64,000 bases of DNA, from positions 9,497-73,496 of the forward strand of contig JANNVX010000114.1 in NCBI GenBank assembly GCA_031414595.1, read 5' to 3'. Position 1 is the stretch's first letter. Each line of letters opens with the position of its first letter. The stretch comes from Deinococcales bacterium (GTDB lineage: Bacteria; Deinococcota; Deinococci; Deinococcales; JAAFIG01). Made by a program: the position numbers and the translations under genes. The notes under the pieces were generated by a model. The model was not told the origin of the DNA. It worked only from the letters and a program-made list of their open reading frames with translations, and ran no database searches. Shown one piece after another: positions 1 to 9,726 of the stretch.

Positions 1-375
1 AATGCTGGCATCAAGCCAGACATGGGCATCTATTCGTCCGGGTTGCCCAATACGCAAAAATTCGGCTTGTTCGGCGAGTTTGACCAACCGTGCTTGTTGT
101 CCACCAACCCGCCATAACCGCTCGAGCCACGCATCTATGCCGTAACCATTTAAGAGCAGTAAGTCGGCATTTCGCACCGTCAGTACATCTTTGGGCGTTG
201 GGTCAAAAGTGTGCGGGCTTGCACCTGCTGACAGCAGCATCCGCACCTCGAGCCGCCCAGAAGCAATTCTTTGGGCGCTCTCGAGCAAAGGCAGAAAGCT
301 GACCAAAACTATTTTGGGGGTTTCCTGAGCGCTGGCAGTCATCAGCAATGCCACCGCCAAAATAAACCATCTCAT
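1..375 (-). CDS. Zn/Mn ABC transporter substrate-binding protein (ZnuA/TroA family), 3' end runs off the window
   Basis: Not in ORF track. Hand translation from ATG 375: [27 protein letters not shown]...[17 protein letters not shown]...ADLLLLNG...DAHVWLDA. Signal peptide plus PHxFDP and DxHVWL metal-binding motifs; ATGA overlap with the stop of the upstream GTPase. Confidence 0.85.
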   Translation of the reverse strand, partial: MRWFILAVALLMTASAQETPKIVLVSFLPLLESAQRIASGRLEVRMLLSAGASPHTFDPTPKDVLTVRNADLLLLNGYGIDAWLERLWRVGGQQARLVKLAEQAEFLRIGQPGRIDAHVWLDASI

Positions 376-1574
376 GCTTGGTGTTCTGCACCCCAGACTG
401 GAAATGGGTCACGGTAAAATTCCCACTTTTCTGGTTCACACATTTCCGAATCGGTTAAAAGCGCTGCGTTCAACTGGCTCTCAATGAGTTCGCGGTTCAT
501 TTTTGCACCAATAAAAACAATTTCTTGGCGGCGGTCGCCGTATGGTTCTGCCCAAATATCCTCGAGATAACCCAAGAATTCTGGGTCGTCGGAACGCTGC
601 GATTTATCCACCGCCGCCCACCAAAAACCCGCCATATCAAAACGCGCTACTCGCCCAGCTTGCGCCCACAAACCCGCGTACTCCATCCGACTGGCAAGCC
701 AAAAATGACCCTTGGAACGCACCACGCCAACAAAATTGCCTTGTAAAACCTTATGAAAACGCTCAGGGTGAAATGGTTTACGTGAGCGGTAGACAAAACT
801 GCTGATGCCGTACTCCTCGGTTTCTGGGGTGTGTTCACCTCGAACCTCACGCAACCAACCCGCGTTCTGGCTGGCTTGGTCAAAATCAAACAAACCTGTG
901 CCAAGTACATTCTCAAGCGGTGTTTGACCAAAGCTCGAGTGAATGATTTTTGCCACGGGATTAAGGTGATGCAGAATTCCCTCGAGCCTCGAGATTTCCT
1001 CGGTAGTACAAAGGTCAGTTTTGTTTAGCAGCAGCACATTAGCAAATTCGACTTGTTCAACCAGTAAATCAGTCACGGTGCGCTCATCGCCTTCGCCAGC
1101 CGTTTCACCGCGTTCGCGCAAACTTTGGGCGGCATCCCAGTCGCGCAGCCAGTTATAACCATCCACAACCGTGACCATCGTGTCTAGCCGTGCAATGCTG
1201 TTCAGGCTTTGCCCATTTTCATCTTCAAAGGTGAAGGTTTCGGCAACGGGTAATGGTTCAGAGATACCCGTGGATTCGATAATCACATAATCAAAACGCC
1301 CTTCTTTGGCGAGTTTTCCGACCTCGAGCAGCAAGTCTTCACGCAGGGTACAACAGATACAGCCGTTGGATATTTCGATTAGTTTTTCTTCGGTGCGCGA
1401 CAGGTGAGCTTCGTTCTGGACAATCTGCGCGTCTATATTGACCTCGGACATATCATTGACAATCACTGCTACGCGCTTGCCTTGGCGGTTAGCCAGAATA
1501 TGGTTTAAGAGCGTGGTTTTGCCGCTGCCGAGAAAGCCAGATAAAACGGTCACGGGTAAAGGAGAAGTATTCAC
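372..1574 (-). CDS. COG0523/CobW-family zinc metallochaperone GTPase (YciC/ZigA-like)
   Basis: GFLGSGKTT Walker A, GCICC motif, ESTG, NKTD, C-terminal CobW_C ([14 protein letters not shown]). Confidence 0.93.
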   Translation of the reverse strand: MNTSPLPVTVLSGFLGSGKTTLLNHILANRQGKRVAVIVNDMSEVNIDAQIVQNEAHLSRTEEKLIEISNGCICCTLREDLLLEVGKLAKEGRFDYVIIESTGISEPLPVAETFTFEDENGQSLNSIARLDTMVTVVDGYNWLRDWDAAQSLRERGETAGEGDERTVTDLLVEQVEFANVLLLNKTDLCTTEEISRLEGILHHLNPVAKIIHSSFGQTPLENVLGTGLFDFDQASQNAGWLREVRGEHTPETEEYGISSFVYRSRKPFHPERFHKVLQGNFVGVVRSKGHFWLASRMEYAGLWAQAGRVARFDMAGFWWAAVDKSQRSDDPEFLGYLEDIWAEPYGDRRQEIVFIGAKMNRELIESQLNAALLTDSEMCEPEKWEFYRDPFPVWGAEHQA

Positions 1575-1585
1575 CGTTTTATCTT

Positions 1586-1605
1586 AATGATAATTTATTC
1601 TCAAT
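1586..1605. promoter_or_regulatory. Putative Zur/Fur-type operator
   Basis: Imperfect palindrome TGATAAT-TT-ATTCTCA directly upstream of the COG0523-znuA operon; resembles the TGATAAT-N-ATTATCA Fur/Zur box but with a 2-nt spacer. Confidence 0.55.
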
Positions 1606-1646
1606 AGCAAGGGCGTTTGTTCTCGAGGACATTGTAAGATAGCCGG

Positions 1647-2423
1647 ATGTTGTTCCATGATGCGTTTTACCGCTTTATTTATTTAGAGAACCCCGAAGAA
1701 ACTCGAGGACACCTCGAGCAAGTCTGCCAAACGGCGGGTGTGCTTGGTACGATTTTACTGGCTGAGGAAGGCATTAACGGGATGCTTTGCGGCTCGAGTG
1801 AGCAATTAAAAATAGTGCGGGATGTTCTCGAGGCAGATAAAAAGTTCCAAAACTTTTTTTATAAACGCACGGCTTGCAGTCAACAAGTTTTTAAGCGCCT
1901 CAAAGTCAAAGTAAAACCCGAAATTGTACCACTTGGGATTGAAGGCATTGACACCCAAAACTTTAAGGGAACAGATGTTTCGCCGCAGCAGTGGCAAGAA
2001 TTATTAAAGCGCGACGATGTGATTTTAATAGACAACCGCAACAGCTTTGAATTTGAACTCGGGCATTTTAAGGGCGCAATCAACCCGAATATCGAGCATT
2101 TTAGGGACTTTGCCGAGTATCTCAAGACACACCTCCCCGAATGGCAAGCCCAGAACAAAACTGTTGCCATGTACTGCACTGGTGGGATTCGTTGCGAAAA
2201 AACAACCGCTTGGCAAGCCATGCGTGGCTTTAACATTTTGCAACTCGAGGGCGGAATCCTAAATTACTTTCAGAACATAGACAACGCCGAAGACGATTAT
2301 GATGGTACATGTTTTGTCTTTGATGCCCGCGAAGTGCTGGACACCAAAAACCAAGAAGCCCAGATTTATGACACCGATTTTGTCAGCAATACTGCACGGC
2401 TTTTTAGTTCGGCTCGAAAATAA
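1647..2423 (+). CDS. trhO: tRNA uridine(34) hydroxylase, rhodanese domain (TrhO/YceA)
   Basis: GTILLAEEGING, LKVKVKPEIV, DNRN..E..GHF.GA, YCTGGIRCEK, LEGGIL.Y, G.CFVFD. Confidence 0.88.
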   Translation: MLFHDAFYRFIYLENPEETRGHLEQVCQTAGVLGTILLAEEGINGMLCGSSEQLKIVRDVLEADKKFQNFFYKRTACSQQVFKRLKVKVKPEIVPLGIEGIDTQNFKGTDVSPQQWQELLKRDDVILIDNRNSFEFELGHFKGAINPNIEHFRDFAEYLKTHLPEWQAQNKTVAMYCTGGIRCEKTTAWQAMRGFNILQLEGGILNYFQNIDNAEDDYDGTCFVFDAREVLDTKNQEAQIYDTDFVSNTARLFSSARK

Positions 2424-2455
2424 ATCTCATCAAAAAAAACTATACTCGAGCCAGC

Positions 2456-2884
2456 ATGAAAAACATTCTGATACTCGCCCTAGCAATACTGCTCAGCTTT
2501 GCCCTCGCTCACTCCAAACCCGTCAAAATCGTTCCCGCCAATGGCTCGAGTGTCAAAAGTGCAAGCACAGTCAAAGTAACCTTTGATGAAGCCATAGAAG
2601 CTGGTTTTAGTACCTTCAAGGTTTACCCGTACACTGGCGCTTTAACCGCTTTAGCGATGAACACGTTTAGTCAAGCCAAGCTCAAACTTAAAAACGACGC
2701 AGCTACTCGAGCCGATTTGAGAACCACAGTTCTAGGCACAACCACAGGGTCTGGCACAACCAAAACAATAGAAATCAGCTTAAAACCCAAACTTAAAGCT
2801 GGCATCTATCTGGTGATGTGGCGAATCCTTGGCACGGACACACACGGTGTAAATGGAAATTCGTACTTTGGAATCAAGCCCTAG
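2456..2884 (+). CDS. CopC-like periplasmic copper-binding protein
   Basis: Signal peptide ending ALA followed by His as first mature residue; C-terminal YLVMWRILGTDTH matches the CopC YxVxWxxxxxDGH pattern. Confidence 0.7.
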   Translation: MKNILILALAILLSFALAHSKPVKIVPANGSSVKSASTVKVTFDEAIEAGFSTFKVYPYTGALTALAMNTFSQAKLKLKNDAATRADLRTTVLGTTTGSGTTKTIEISLKPKLKAGIYLVMWRILGTDTHGVNGNSYFGIKP

Positions 2885-2942
2885 ACAGTAAAAAAGCACA
2901 GCGCATGACTCGAGCCTCAATTTTAGGTTATCATCTCGGGTC

Positions 2943-3395
2943 ATGCGATTTTTTGTCCTTATTCTTTTTTTACTGGTCTCGAGCCTCGCCGATGCCAAAA
3001 GCGCAGCCGAAACTCGAGTGGTCGGTCTGATCAACACTTTTAGAGCCTCTGGCGCAAGGTGTAACGGGGCTGGCGGCGTGAGGTTATCTGCCATGCGTTG
3101 GAACAACACCCTTGCCAAAGCCGCCAAAACCCACGCTCTGAACATGGGTAGTAAAAAATTCGTTTCGCATTATTACCAAGGCATTGGACCACGGACTCGA
3201 GTCACCAGAGCCGGCTATTCGTACTCGAGAATGTCCGAAATTATTTTTTTGGGAAACGGTGGCGCATCCAAAGCCGTCAATTGGTGGAAAAACTCGAGAA
3301 TACATTGTTGGGCAATCTCCAATCCACTTTACACCGAAGTCGGCGCAGCCCAATACAACGGCGCTTGGGTTGTTGTCATGGCAAGACCGAAATGA
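2943..3395 (+). CDS. Secreted CAP/SCP-domain protein
   Basis: Signal peptide; LINTFR, WNNTLAKAAKTHA..M, SH, WWKNS..H, EVGAA. Confidence 0.8.
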   Translation: MRFFVLILFLLVSSLADAKSAAETRVVGLINTFRASGARCNGAGGVRLSAMRWNNTLAKAAKTHALNMGSKKFVSHYYQGIGPRTRVTRAGYSYSRMSEIIFLGNGGASKAVNWWKNSRIHCWAISNPLYTEVGAAQYNGAWVVVMARPK

Positions 3396-3402
3396 CAAAC
3401 AA

Positions 3403-3430
3403 CTCAAAGCTCAAAGCTCAAAGCTCATAG
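3403..3430 (+). repeat. Intergenic heptamer tandem repeat (CTCAAAG)x3-4
   Basis: CTCAAAG CTCAAAG CTCAAAG CTCATAG directly before dnaB. Confidence 0.8.
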
Positions 3431-3436
3431 CCCCTT

Positions 3437-4783
3437 ATGGAAGAACTCCACGGACGCATCCCACCTCATAACCTTGACGCTGAAGCCAGCGTGCTGGGCA
3501 GTATTTTACTTGACAACGAGGCATACCACAGTCTAGAGGGTACGCTAAAACCCGACCAGTTTTACAAAGAAGCCAACCGTAAAATCTATGCTGCCATCGA
3601 GAACCTGATTTCAAAAGGCAACCCTGCCGATTCGGTCACGCTCATCGAAGAACTCCGCACCAAAGACCAACTCGAGGAAGTCGGCGGGGTGGCATATCTG
3701 GTGGGCTTATCCGACGGTGTGCCAACCAGTGTCTACGCCAAGTTCTATGCCGATATTGTGGTTGAAAAAAGCAATTTACGCGGGTTGATTAACGCCTCTT
3801 CAAAAATCATGCAAATGGCTTATGACGAAGCCGCCCCTGCCGAAGAACTGATGGACAGAGCTGAAAAACTGGTCTTTGAGGTGGCACAAAAAAAGAGCCA
3901 GCAGCCATTTCAAAACATGAACACGCTGGTCAATGAAACCTTTGAGTACATTTCTAAAATCTCGAGCGACAGCAACTTTATCACCGGTGTCGCCACTGGT
4001 TTTAGAGATTTAGACGAAATGACCACAGGCTTACAACCGGGGTCGCTTAATGTCATTGCGGCACGCCCAAGTATGGGAAAAACTGCCTTTGCGCTTTCCA
4101 TCGCCCAAAATATTTCGGTACGCCAAAATAAAGCCGTGGCAGTCTTTAGTCTCGAGATGCCCGCTTCACAGCTTGTGTTGCGAATGATGTGCGCCGAGGC
4201 TCGAGTAGACATGAACCGTGTGCGTCAAGGGGCGCTCAACGAAAAAGACTTTGAGCGTCTGGTCAATGCGGCGGGTAAACTAAGCGAAGCGCCAATGTTT
4301 ATTGATGATGCTTCGGATTTAACCGTCACCGAACTGCGAAGTAAATCGAGGCGCTTAATGGCAGAAAAAGATTTGCATTTAATTGTGATTGATTACATGC
4401 AGTTAATGTCGGGCAGTGGTACTTCCAAGGGTGGCGGCGAGAATCGGCAACAAGAAATTTCGACCATTTCACGTGGGCTAAAATCTTTAGCAAGGGAACT
4501 CAATATCCCTGTGGTGGTCTTAAGCCAACTCTCGAGACAAGTGGAGTCACGTCCTAATCACCGTCCGATGTTGTCAGATTTACGTGAATCAGGTGCGATT
4601 GAGCAGGACGCAGACCTTGTTTCTTTTATTTACCGCGATGAGTATTACCACAAAGATTCCGAAAAACAAGGCATTGCCGAAATTATTATTGGTAAGCAGC
4701 GCAATGGTCCTGTCGGTACAGTCGAGTTGCAATTTCATTCGCAGCACGTTAGATTCAATGACCTCGCCAAAGATGGCGTTTAG
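3437..4783 (+). CDS. dnaB: Replicative DNA helicase
   Basis: PPHNLDAEASVLG, AARPSMGKT, FSLEM, IDYMQLM, SQLSR, SDLRESGAIEQDAD, KQRNGP; no intein. Confidence 0.98.
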   Translation: MEELHGRIPPHNLDAEASVLGSILLDNEAYHSLEGTLKPDQFYKEANRKIYAAIENLISKGNPADSVTLIEELRTKDQLEEVGGVAYLVGLSDGVPTSVYAKFYADIVVEKSNLRGLINASSKIMQMAYDEAAPAEELMDRAEKLVFEVAQKKSQQPFQNMNTLVNETFEYISKISSDSNFITGVATGFRDLDEMTTGLQPGSLNVIAARPSMGKTAFALSIAQNISVRQNKAVAVFSLEMPASQLVLRMMCAEARVDMNRVRQGALNEKDFERLVNAAGKLSEAPMFIDDASDLTVTELRSKSRRLMAEKDLHLIVIDYMQLMSGSGTSKGGGENRQQEISTISRGLKSLARELNIPVVVLSQLSRQVESRPNHRPMLSDLRESGAIEQDADLVSFIYRDEYYHKDSEKQGIAEIIIGKQRNGPVGTVELQFHSQHVRFNDLAKDGV

Positions 4784-4864
4784 CGACCCACAAAAGTTGG
4801 GATTTAAGTCTAAATACGTCCCTCTTGAAATTCACCCCTGTTTATACGGTATAATCATATTATT

Positions 4865-5572
4865 ATGGGGCGCATGACCAGTAGATCAATTTCTTTTAAG
4901 ACCACTTCTGTGACACGAATCTCGAGCTATGGACAAGTGCTTTCTTGTCCTGTCTGCGAGCGTACCCTCATGCTTAAAGACATCCGCGATGGCGACCAAG
5001 CCTACTGGTGTCATACCTGCGAACGTGGCTGGCGAGCGGGGCATCTACCACCCGAAGCCAGACGCGCCAAAGCCAAGGCGCTGCTCGAAGAAAGCCTAGA
5101 AGTTATGCCTATTCCCGAGCCAGAAGTGGTTATTCCCCAACTTGAAGTAGTTGCACCAGTCAAAAAACCACGGGCTTCTAAAGCTGTACCTATTATTCTC
5201 GAGCCTAAAATTACCGAACCACAAAGCAAGTCTAAACCAGTCAGCGCACCGTTAAAACCAGTGCTTCTCGAGCCAGAAGTGAGCCTCAAAACCAAAGTCA
5301 CTCGAGTCGCAAAAGTCAAAACCACACCAGAAGCGGTTGTCCTCGAAACACCACCCGTGATTGTGGCAGCCCCCAGAAAACCCCGAACACCCAAAGCTGT
5401 TGTTCCTGTAACGCCTAAAGCCATTGTACCAGTGGTTTTAACACAACCAGAACCAGCCATCCCAGAAGTGAAAAAACAAAAATCTCGAGCCAGCCCTCGA
5501 ACTGTCAAACATACAAATACTGTGGTTCAACAAGATTTATTCGCCTACCTAATCCAGCACGGCTCGAGCTAG
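4865..5572 (+). CDS. Hypothetical protein, N-terminal zinc ribbon plus Pro/Lys/Val-rich low-complexity tail
   Basis: CPVC...WCHTC pair, then a long PK-rich tail; start could be ATG 4874. Confidence 0.6.
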   Translation: MGRMTSRSISFKTTSVTRISSYGQVLSCPVCERTLMLKDIRDGDQAYWCHTCERGWRAGHLPPEARRAKAKALLEESLEVMPIPEPEVVIPQLEVVAPVKKPRASKAVPIILEPKITEPQSKSKPVSAPLKPVLLEPEVSLKTKVTRVAKVKTTPEAVVLETPPVIVAAPRKPRTPKAVVPVTPKAIVPVVLTQPEPAIPEVKKQKSRASPRTVKHTNTVVQQDLFAYLIQHGSS

Positions 5573-6754
5573 GCGCTTCATGCCTTCTTGTATTTGCTCT
5601 ACACTTGGGGTGGCAAAACTGAGGCGCAAATAATTACTGCGTTTTGCATCTGGGAAAAAACCTGCTCCAGGAACAAAAATAATGCCATTTTCTACAGCTT
5701 TTTGTACCATGCTCATGGTATCTACACCTTCTGCCATTTTGACCCAAATAAACATACCGCCGCTTGGGGCGTTAAACTCGAGCATTCCACTTGGGAAGGT
5801 TTTAGCAATGGCTTCCATCATCGCATTGCCTTTTGCGCCGTATGTACTGCGGATTTTTGGTAATTGTGTCTCGAGCCGTCCAGTCTCGAGGTAGGCGGCG
5901 GCGACATATTGCGCGAAACTCGAGGAATGCAGGTCAGCGGCTTGCTTAACGATGGTCAGCGGTTGAATCAGTCCAGCAGGCGCAAGCATCCAGCCTAAGC
6001 GCAGTCCGGGCGCAACAAATTTAGACAAGGTACTCATGTAAATAATCTGTTCACTCGAGCCGGGTACTTCGTTTGTCAGGGCATAAATCGGTGGGACGCT
6101 CTCCCCAGCAAAACGCAGTTCGCTGTACGGGTCGTCTTCGACAATGAGAATTTGTTCTCGAGTTGCAATCTCGAGCAGTTTTTTACGGCGCTCTAAACTG
6201 AGTGTTGCCCCGCTCGGATTGCCAAAAGTAGCCACGGTATAAATAAATTTGGGGCGTTTGCCAGCCTGTTTGCACTCGAGAATAGCGCGTTCTAAATCCT
6301 CGATTTGAATACCGTCGGCATCTTGTTCGATACCGTGCAGTTGGGCTTGGTACAATTCAAAAACTTGCACTGCCGCCAAATACGCTGGGCGTTCGACCAA
6401 CACGACATCGTCTGGGTCAAGCATGATTTTAGAGACCAAATCAATTCCTTGTTGTGAACCTGTAGTGACGAGCATCTGATCCAAATTCAGCCCATGCACC
6501 CCACGATTTGCCATGACCCGTTCAATTTGTTGCTTAAAACCAATGTACCCGTCGGTTGGACCATACTGCAAAGCCGCACTGCTGTGGGTGGATAAAGCCA
6601 GTTCAGTGGCGGTTTTTATCCCTTCGACATCAAATAAACTTGGGTCGGGAAGTCCGCCAGCAAAAGAAATGATATCTTTGCGGTTTGCCACCTTGAGGAT
6701 TTCTCGGACAAATGAGGGTTTGGCGAATTCCATTCGGCTTGATAGCGGATACAT
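5549..6754 (-). CDS. PLP-dependent class I aminotransferase (LysN/2-aminoadipate-type)
   Basis: ISFAGGLPDP, LQYG, GSQQ, NPSG, EDDPY, SKFVAPGLRLGW, RLSFA; start set at ATG 6754, preceded by TATACT-N6. Confidence 0.9.
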   Translation of the reverse strand: MYPLSSRMEFAKPSFVREILKVANRKDIISFAGGLPDPSLFDVEGIKTATELALSTHSSAALQYGPTDGYIGFKQQIERVMANRGVHGLNLDQMLVTTGSQQGIDLVSKIMLDPDDVVLVERPAYLAAVQVFELYQAQLHGIEQDADGIQIEDLERAILECKQAGKRPKFIYTVATFGNPSGATLSLERRKKLLEIATREQILIVEDDPYSELRFAGESVPPIYALTNEVPGSSEQIIYMSTLSKFVAPGLRLGWMLAPAGLIQPLTIVKQAADLHSSSFAQYVAAAYLETGRLETQLPKIRSTYGAKGNAMMEAIAKTFPSGMLEFNAPSGGMFIWVKMAEGVDTMSMVQKAVENGIIFVPGAGFFPDAKRSNYLRLSFATPSVEQIQEGMKRLARAVLD

Positions 6755-6803
6755 ACCCAAAGTATACGCTTTTTGGGTGCTAGATGCCAGAAGTGTCAAG
6801 TGT

Positions 6804-7091
6804 TTATTCCACAGTTCTTGGTACTTTGAAAAAACCATCTTCGGCTTCTATTGCCACTGCCAAGGCTTGATGCTGCTCGAGTCCAGCGATTGCAAGGTCT
6901 TCGCGCATGATGTTTTTCATTGGGACTGGGCGCGGCATTTCCGGGTAAGCACTTAAATCAAGATTTTGTAGGGTTTGAAAACTGGCTAAGATATTGTTGA
7001 TGTCCTTGGCTGCCGCAACTGTTTCTTCGGCGCTCATCTCGAGCCGAGCTAGTTTTTTTAGGTGTTCCATTTCGGTAGGCGTGACAGTCAT
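6804..7091 (-). CDS. gatC: Asp/Glu-tRNA amidotransferase subunit C
   Basis: EHLKKLARLE, MRED, DGFFKVPRTVE. Confidence 0.93.
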   Translation of the reverse strand: MTVTPTEMEHLKKLARLEMSAEETVAAAKDINNILASFQTLQNLDLSAYPEMPRPVPMKNIMREDLAIAGLEQHQALAVAIEAEDGFFKVPRTVE

Positions 7092-7100
7092 ACCCAGAGT

Positions 7101-8513
7101 TTACCCGTTGGTGGCTTCCTGCATCAATGCCCACAAGTGCGCTACATCTTCGCGGCTCGTCTCGAGTGCGCCAATCGAAACCCTGACCATCCAGCGCCCC
7201 TCGAGAATAGCTGGTGTTAAATAAGCACTGCCGCTCGAGTTGATTTGGTTCACCCACGCTAAAGTGTGCTGGTCAAGCGCTTCCCCCTCGAGTCCGTCTG
7301 GTTCGTGGCGGATGCACAGGGTTTGTAAACGCACAGGATTGAGTACCGTCCAATTTGGTGTATTTTTGATTTCTCCCTCGAGCCAAGTGGCATTTTCAAG
7401 GTCACGGCGTAAGCGGGCTTGGAGTTTTGTTATGCCCTCGAGCCGTAGTAAAAACCATAGTTTTAAGGCTCGCATTCGTCGCCCAAGTGGAATACCCCAA
7501 TCGCGGTATTGTTTAACTTGTCCATCGGTACTGGTTTGCAAGTAACTTGGGTTGGTACTCATCACCCGTACCAGATGTTCAGGGTCTGCCACATAATAAA
7601 GCGAGCAATCAAAAGTAGCACCAAGCCATTTATGTGGGTTTAAGCATAACGAATCTGCGCCCTCGAGTCCAGCGAATAATTCTTGTTTTTCGGGCAGAAT
7701 CATGGCGCTACCTGCCATCGCTGCATCCACATGTAGCCAAAGCCCGTAATCTTTGGCAATCTTGGCAATCTCGGGCAATGGGTCGCAAGCTGTGGTGGTT
7801 GTGCCACCAACCGTGGCAACTATCGCGCAGGGTTTTTTACCCAGCTTTATGTCCTCGAGAATCATTTTTTCAAGCTTACTGGGGATTAAATCAAAGTTCT
7901 TATCCACTGGTACGATTCGCAGATTGTCCTTGCCAAATCCTGCCAATAAGCCGCCTTTTTCAACACTCGAGTGGCACTGCGAAGAAAAATAAATCATTTG
8001 GGCTTGCGGTTCAGACTGCAAGCCACCCCGTGCCAAAGCGTAATTGGTACTGCGTTCCCTTGCCGAAATCAGGGCGACCATCGTGGCGGTGCTGGCGGTG
8101 TCTTGAATCACGCCTTTCATCTGGCTTGGGATGTTTGAGGCTACCTGCATCCATTCAAGCATTCGCTCCTCGAGTTCGGTCAAGGCTGGACTAGCTGCCC
8201 AATTTAGCCCGAGTTGCCCCAGTCCGCTCGAGACCAAATCGCCAAGGACAGCTTCTAAGCTCGAGTTAGCTGGGAAGTAGCCGTAAAACATCGGGTGTTG
8301 CCAATTGGAGATGTGTGGCAGAATTAGCGTCTCGAGGTCGTGCAGCAGGGCTTGTGGGCTATCTGGGCTATTTGGTGCGGTGCTTGGAAGTTTCTCGAGA
8401 ACTGCGTTAGGTTGGCTGTTGCTCCAAACACGGCGGTCACGGATACCAGCACGATAATCGGCAATCCAGTCAATCAAGGTGTGTCCAAAAGCTCTGAATT
8501 CATTGGGGGTCAT
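7101..8513 (-). CDS. Group II PLP decarboxylase (aromatic-L-amino-acid decarboxylase family)
   Basis: WQHP.FYGYFP, WAASPALTELE, HSSVEK, HVDAA, NPHKW, DWGIPLGRR.RALKLW. Confidence 0.9.
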   Translation of the reverse strand: MTPNEFRAFGHTLIDWIADYRAGIRDRRVWSNSQPNAVLEKLPSTAPNSPDSPQALLHDLETLILPHISNWQHPMFYGYFPANSSLEAVLGDLVSSGLGQLGLNWAASPALTELEERMLEWMQVASNIPSQMKGVIQDTASTATMVALISARERSTNYALARGGLQSEPQAQMIYFSSQCHSSVEKGGLLAGFGKDNLRIVPVDKNFDLIPSKLEKMILEDIKLGKKPCAIVATVGGTTTTACDPLPEIAKIAKDYGLWLHVDAAMAGSAMILPEKQELFAGLEGADSLCLNPHKWLGATFDCSLYYVADPEHLVRVMSTNPSYLQTSTDGQVKQYRDWGIPLGRRMRALKLWFLLRLEGITKLQARLRRDLENATWLEGEIKNTPNWTVLNPVRLQTLCIRHEPDGLEGEALDQHTLAWVNQINSSGSAYLTPAILEGRWMVRVSIGALETSREDVAHLWALMQEATNG

Positions 8514-8544
8514 GGTCAGTATTTTAATACGCTATGATGAAGCC

Positions 8545-9726
8545 ATGTCAGATACGCGGTTACTGCTCGAGATAACACCAAAAGGCATTTTGTCGTTTGG
8601 TGATGAAACAAAACCGATTAAACTCTCGAGTCTGAATGTCTTGATTGGAACAAATGGTTCGGGAAAGTCCAATTTGATAGATGTAATTGGATTGGTGCGA
8701 GCTACAGGAGGAGATTTGGCAGGTGAGTTTATTGAAAACGGCGGTCTAAAAGAATGGATTTGGAAAGGTAACGAGAAATCAGCTTTACTTTTGGAAACAA
8801 AAACAGCAGGTGTTTTTTCGACCAGACATCTATTAGAAATCTACGCTTTAGAAACTTTTGGCTTCTTTATCGCTCGAGAAGAAATAGAAAGTATCACTGA
8901 TGAGAATGCTCATTCCAAAGAAGATTACTTTGTATATAAAAATGAAAAAAATAAGGCGCGTATTTTGTTAGATTATTCTGAAAAGAATGAATTAGAAGAT
9001 TTTCCTATGGAAAGTCTCCGTCGCAACCAATCAATTATTCAACAATTTAGAGACCCAAGACAAAATACGCTAATTCAAGTTCTTTCAACCATTTATCCAC
9101 AAATTCGTATTTACCGAGAATGGTCTTTTGGGCGTAAAAACATCCTTCGTAATCCAAAATCAGCCGACTCGAGAAACGATTACTTGGCAGAAGATTACTC
9201 TAATCTCGGGCTAGTTTTAAGCCGCTCGAGTGTCAATCCGGATTTTAAGAATGCAATTCTCGAGAACCTGCGTTTGTTGTATCAAGGCTTAACCGATTTT
9301 AATGTGCTGATTCAGGGCGGTACAACCCAGATTTTTTTAACCGAAGGAAAGTTTAGTATTCCAGCCACGCGCTTATCTGATGGAACACTGCGTTATTTGT
9401 GCTTGCTGGCTATACTTTGCGACCCTAAGCCACTGCCGCTTATTTGTATTGAAGAACCCGAGCTTGGCTTGCATCCTGATATTCTGCCGAGCCTCGCGCA
9501 GTTGCTTGTAACGGCAGCTACGCGAACACAGTTAATTGTGACAACACATTCAGAAATTTTGATTGATGCCCTGACCGATTACCCAGAGTATGTGCTAATT
9601 TGCGAAAAAACCGATGGGCAGACACAAATTAAGAATCTGGATGCCGAGAAACTAAAAATTTGGCTTGAAGATTATCGTTTGGGTCAACTTTGGATGCGTG
9701 GTCAACTTGGGGGGACTCGCTGGTGA
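8545..9726 (+). CDS. ABC-type AAA ATPase (AAA_21-like)
   Basis: GTNGSGKSN Walker A, LSDGT signature, IEEPELGLHP, TTHS; start at ATG 8545 after TATGAT-N6. Confidence 0.88.
   Translation: MSDTRLLLEITPKGILSFGDETKPIKLSSLNVLIGTNGSGKSNLIDVIGLVRATGGDLAGEFIENGGLKEWIWKGNEKSALLLETKTAGVFSTRHLLEIYALETFGFFIAREEIESITDENAHSKEDYFVYKNEKNKARILLDYSEKNELEDFPMESLRRNQSIIQQFRDPRQNTLIQVLSTIYPQIRIYREWSFGRKNILRNPKSADSRNDYLAEDYSNLGLVLSRSSVNPDFKNAILENLRLLYQGLTDFNVLIQGGTTQIFLTEGKFSIPATRLSDGTLRYLCLLAILCDPKPLPLICIEEPELGLHPDILPSLAQLLVTAATRTQLIVTTHSEILIDALTDYPEYVLICEKTDGQTQIKNLDAEKLKIWLEDYRLGQLWMRGQLGGTRW

Noticed and set aside
90-439. ORF-track ORFs 90..302(+) and 203..439(-)
   Set aside because: Shadow frames of the znuA-like gene (1..375, minus), which has clear family motifs
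3437-4783. Intein in DnaB
   Set aside because: Length 448 aa with contiguous helicase motifs; no insertion
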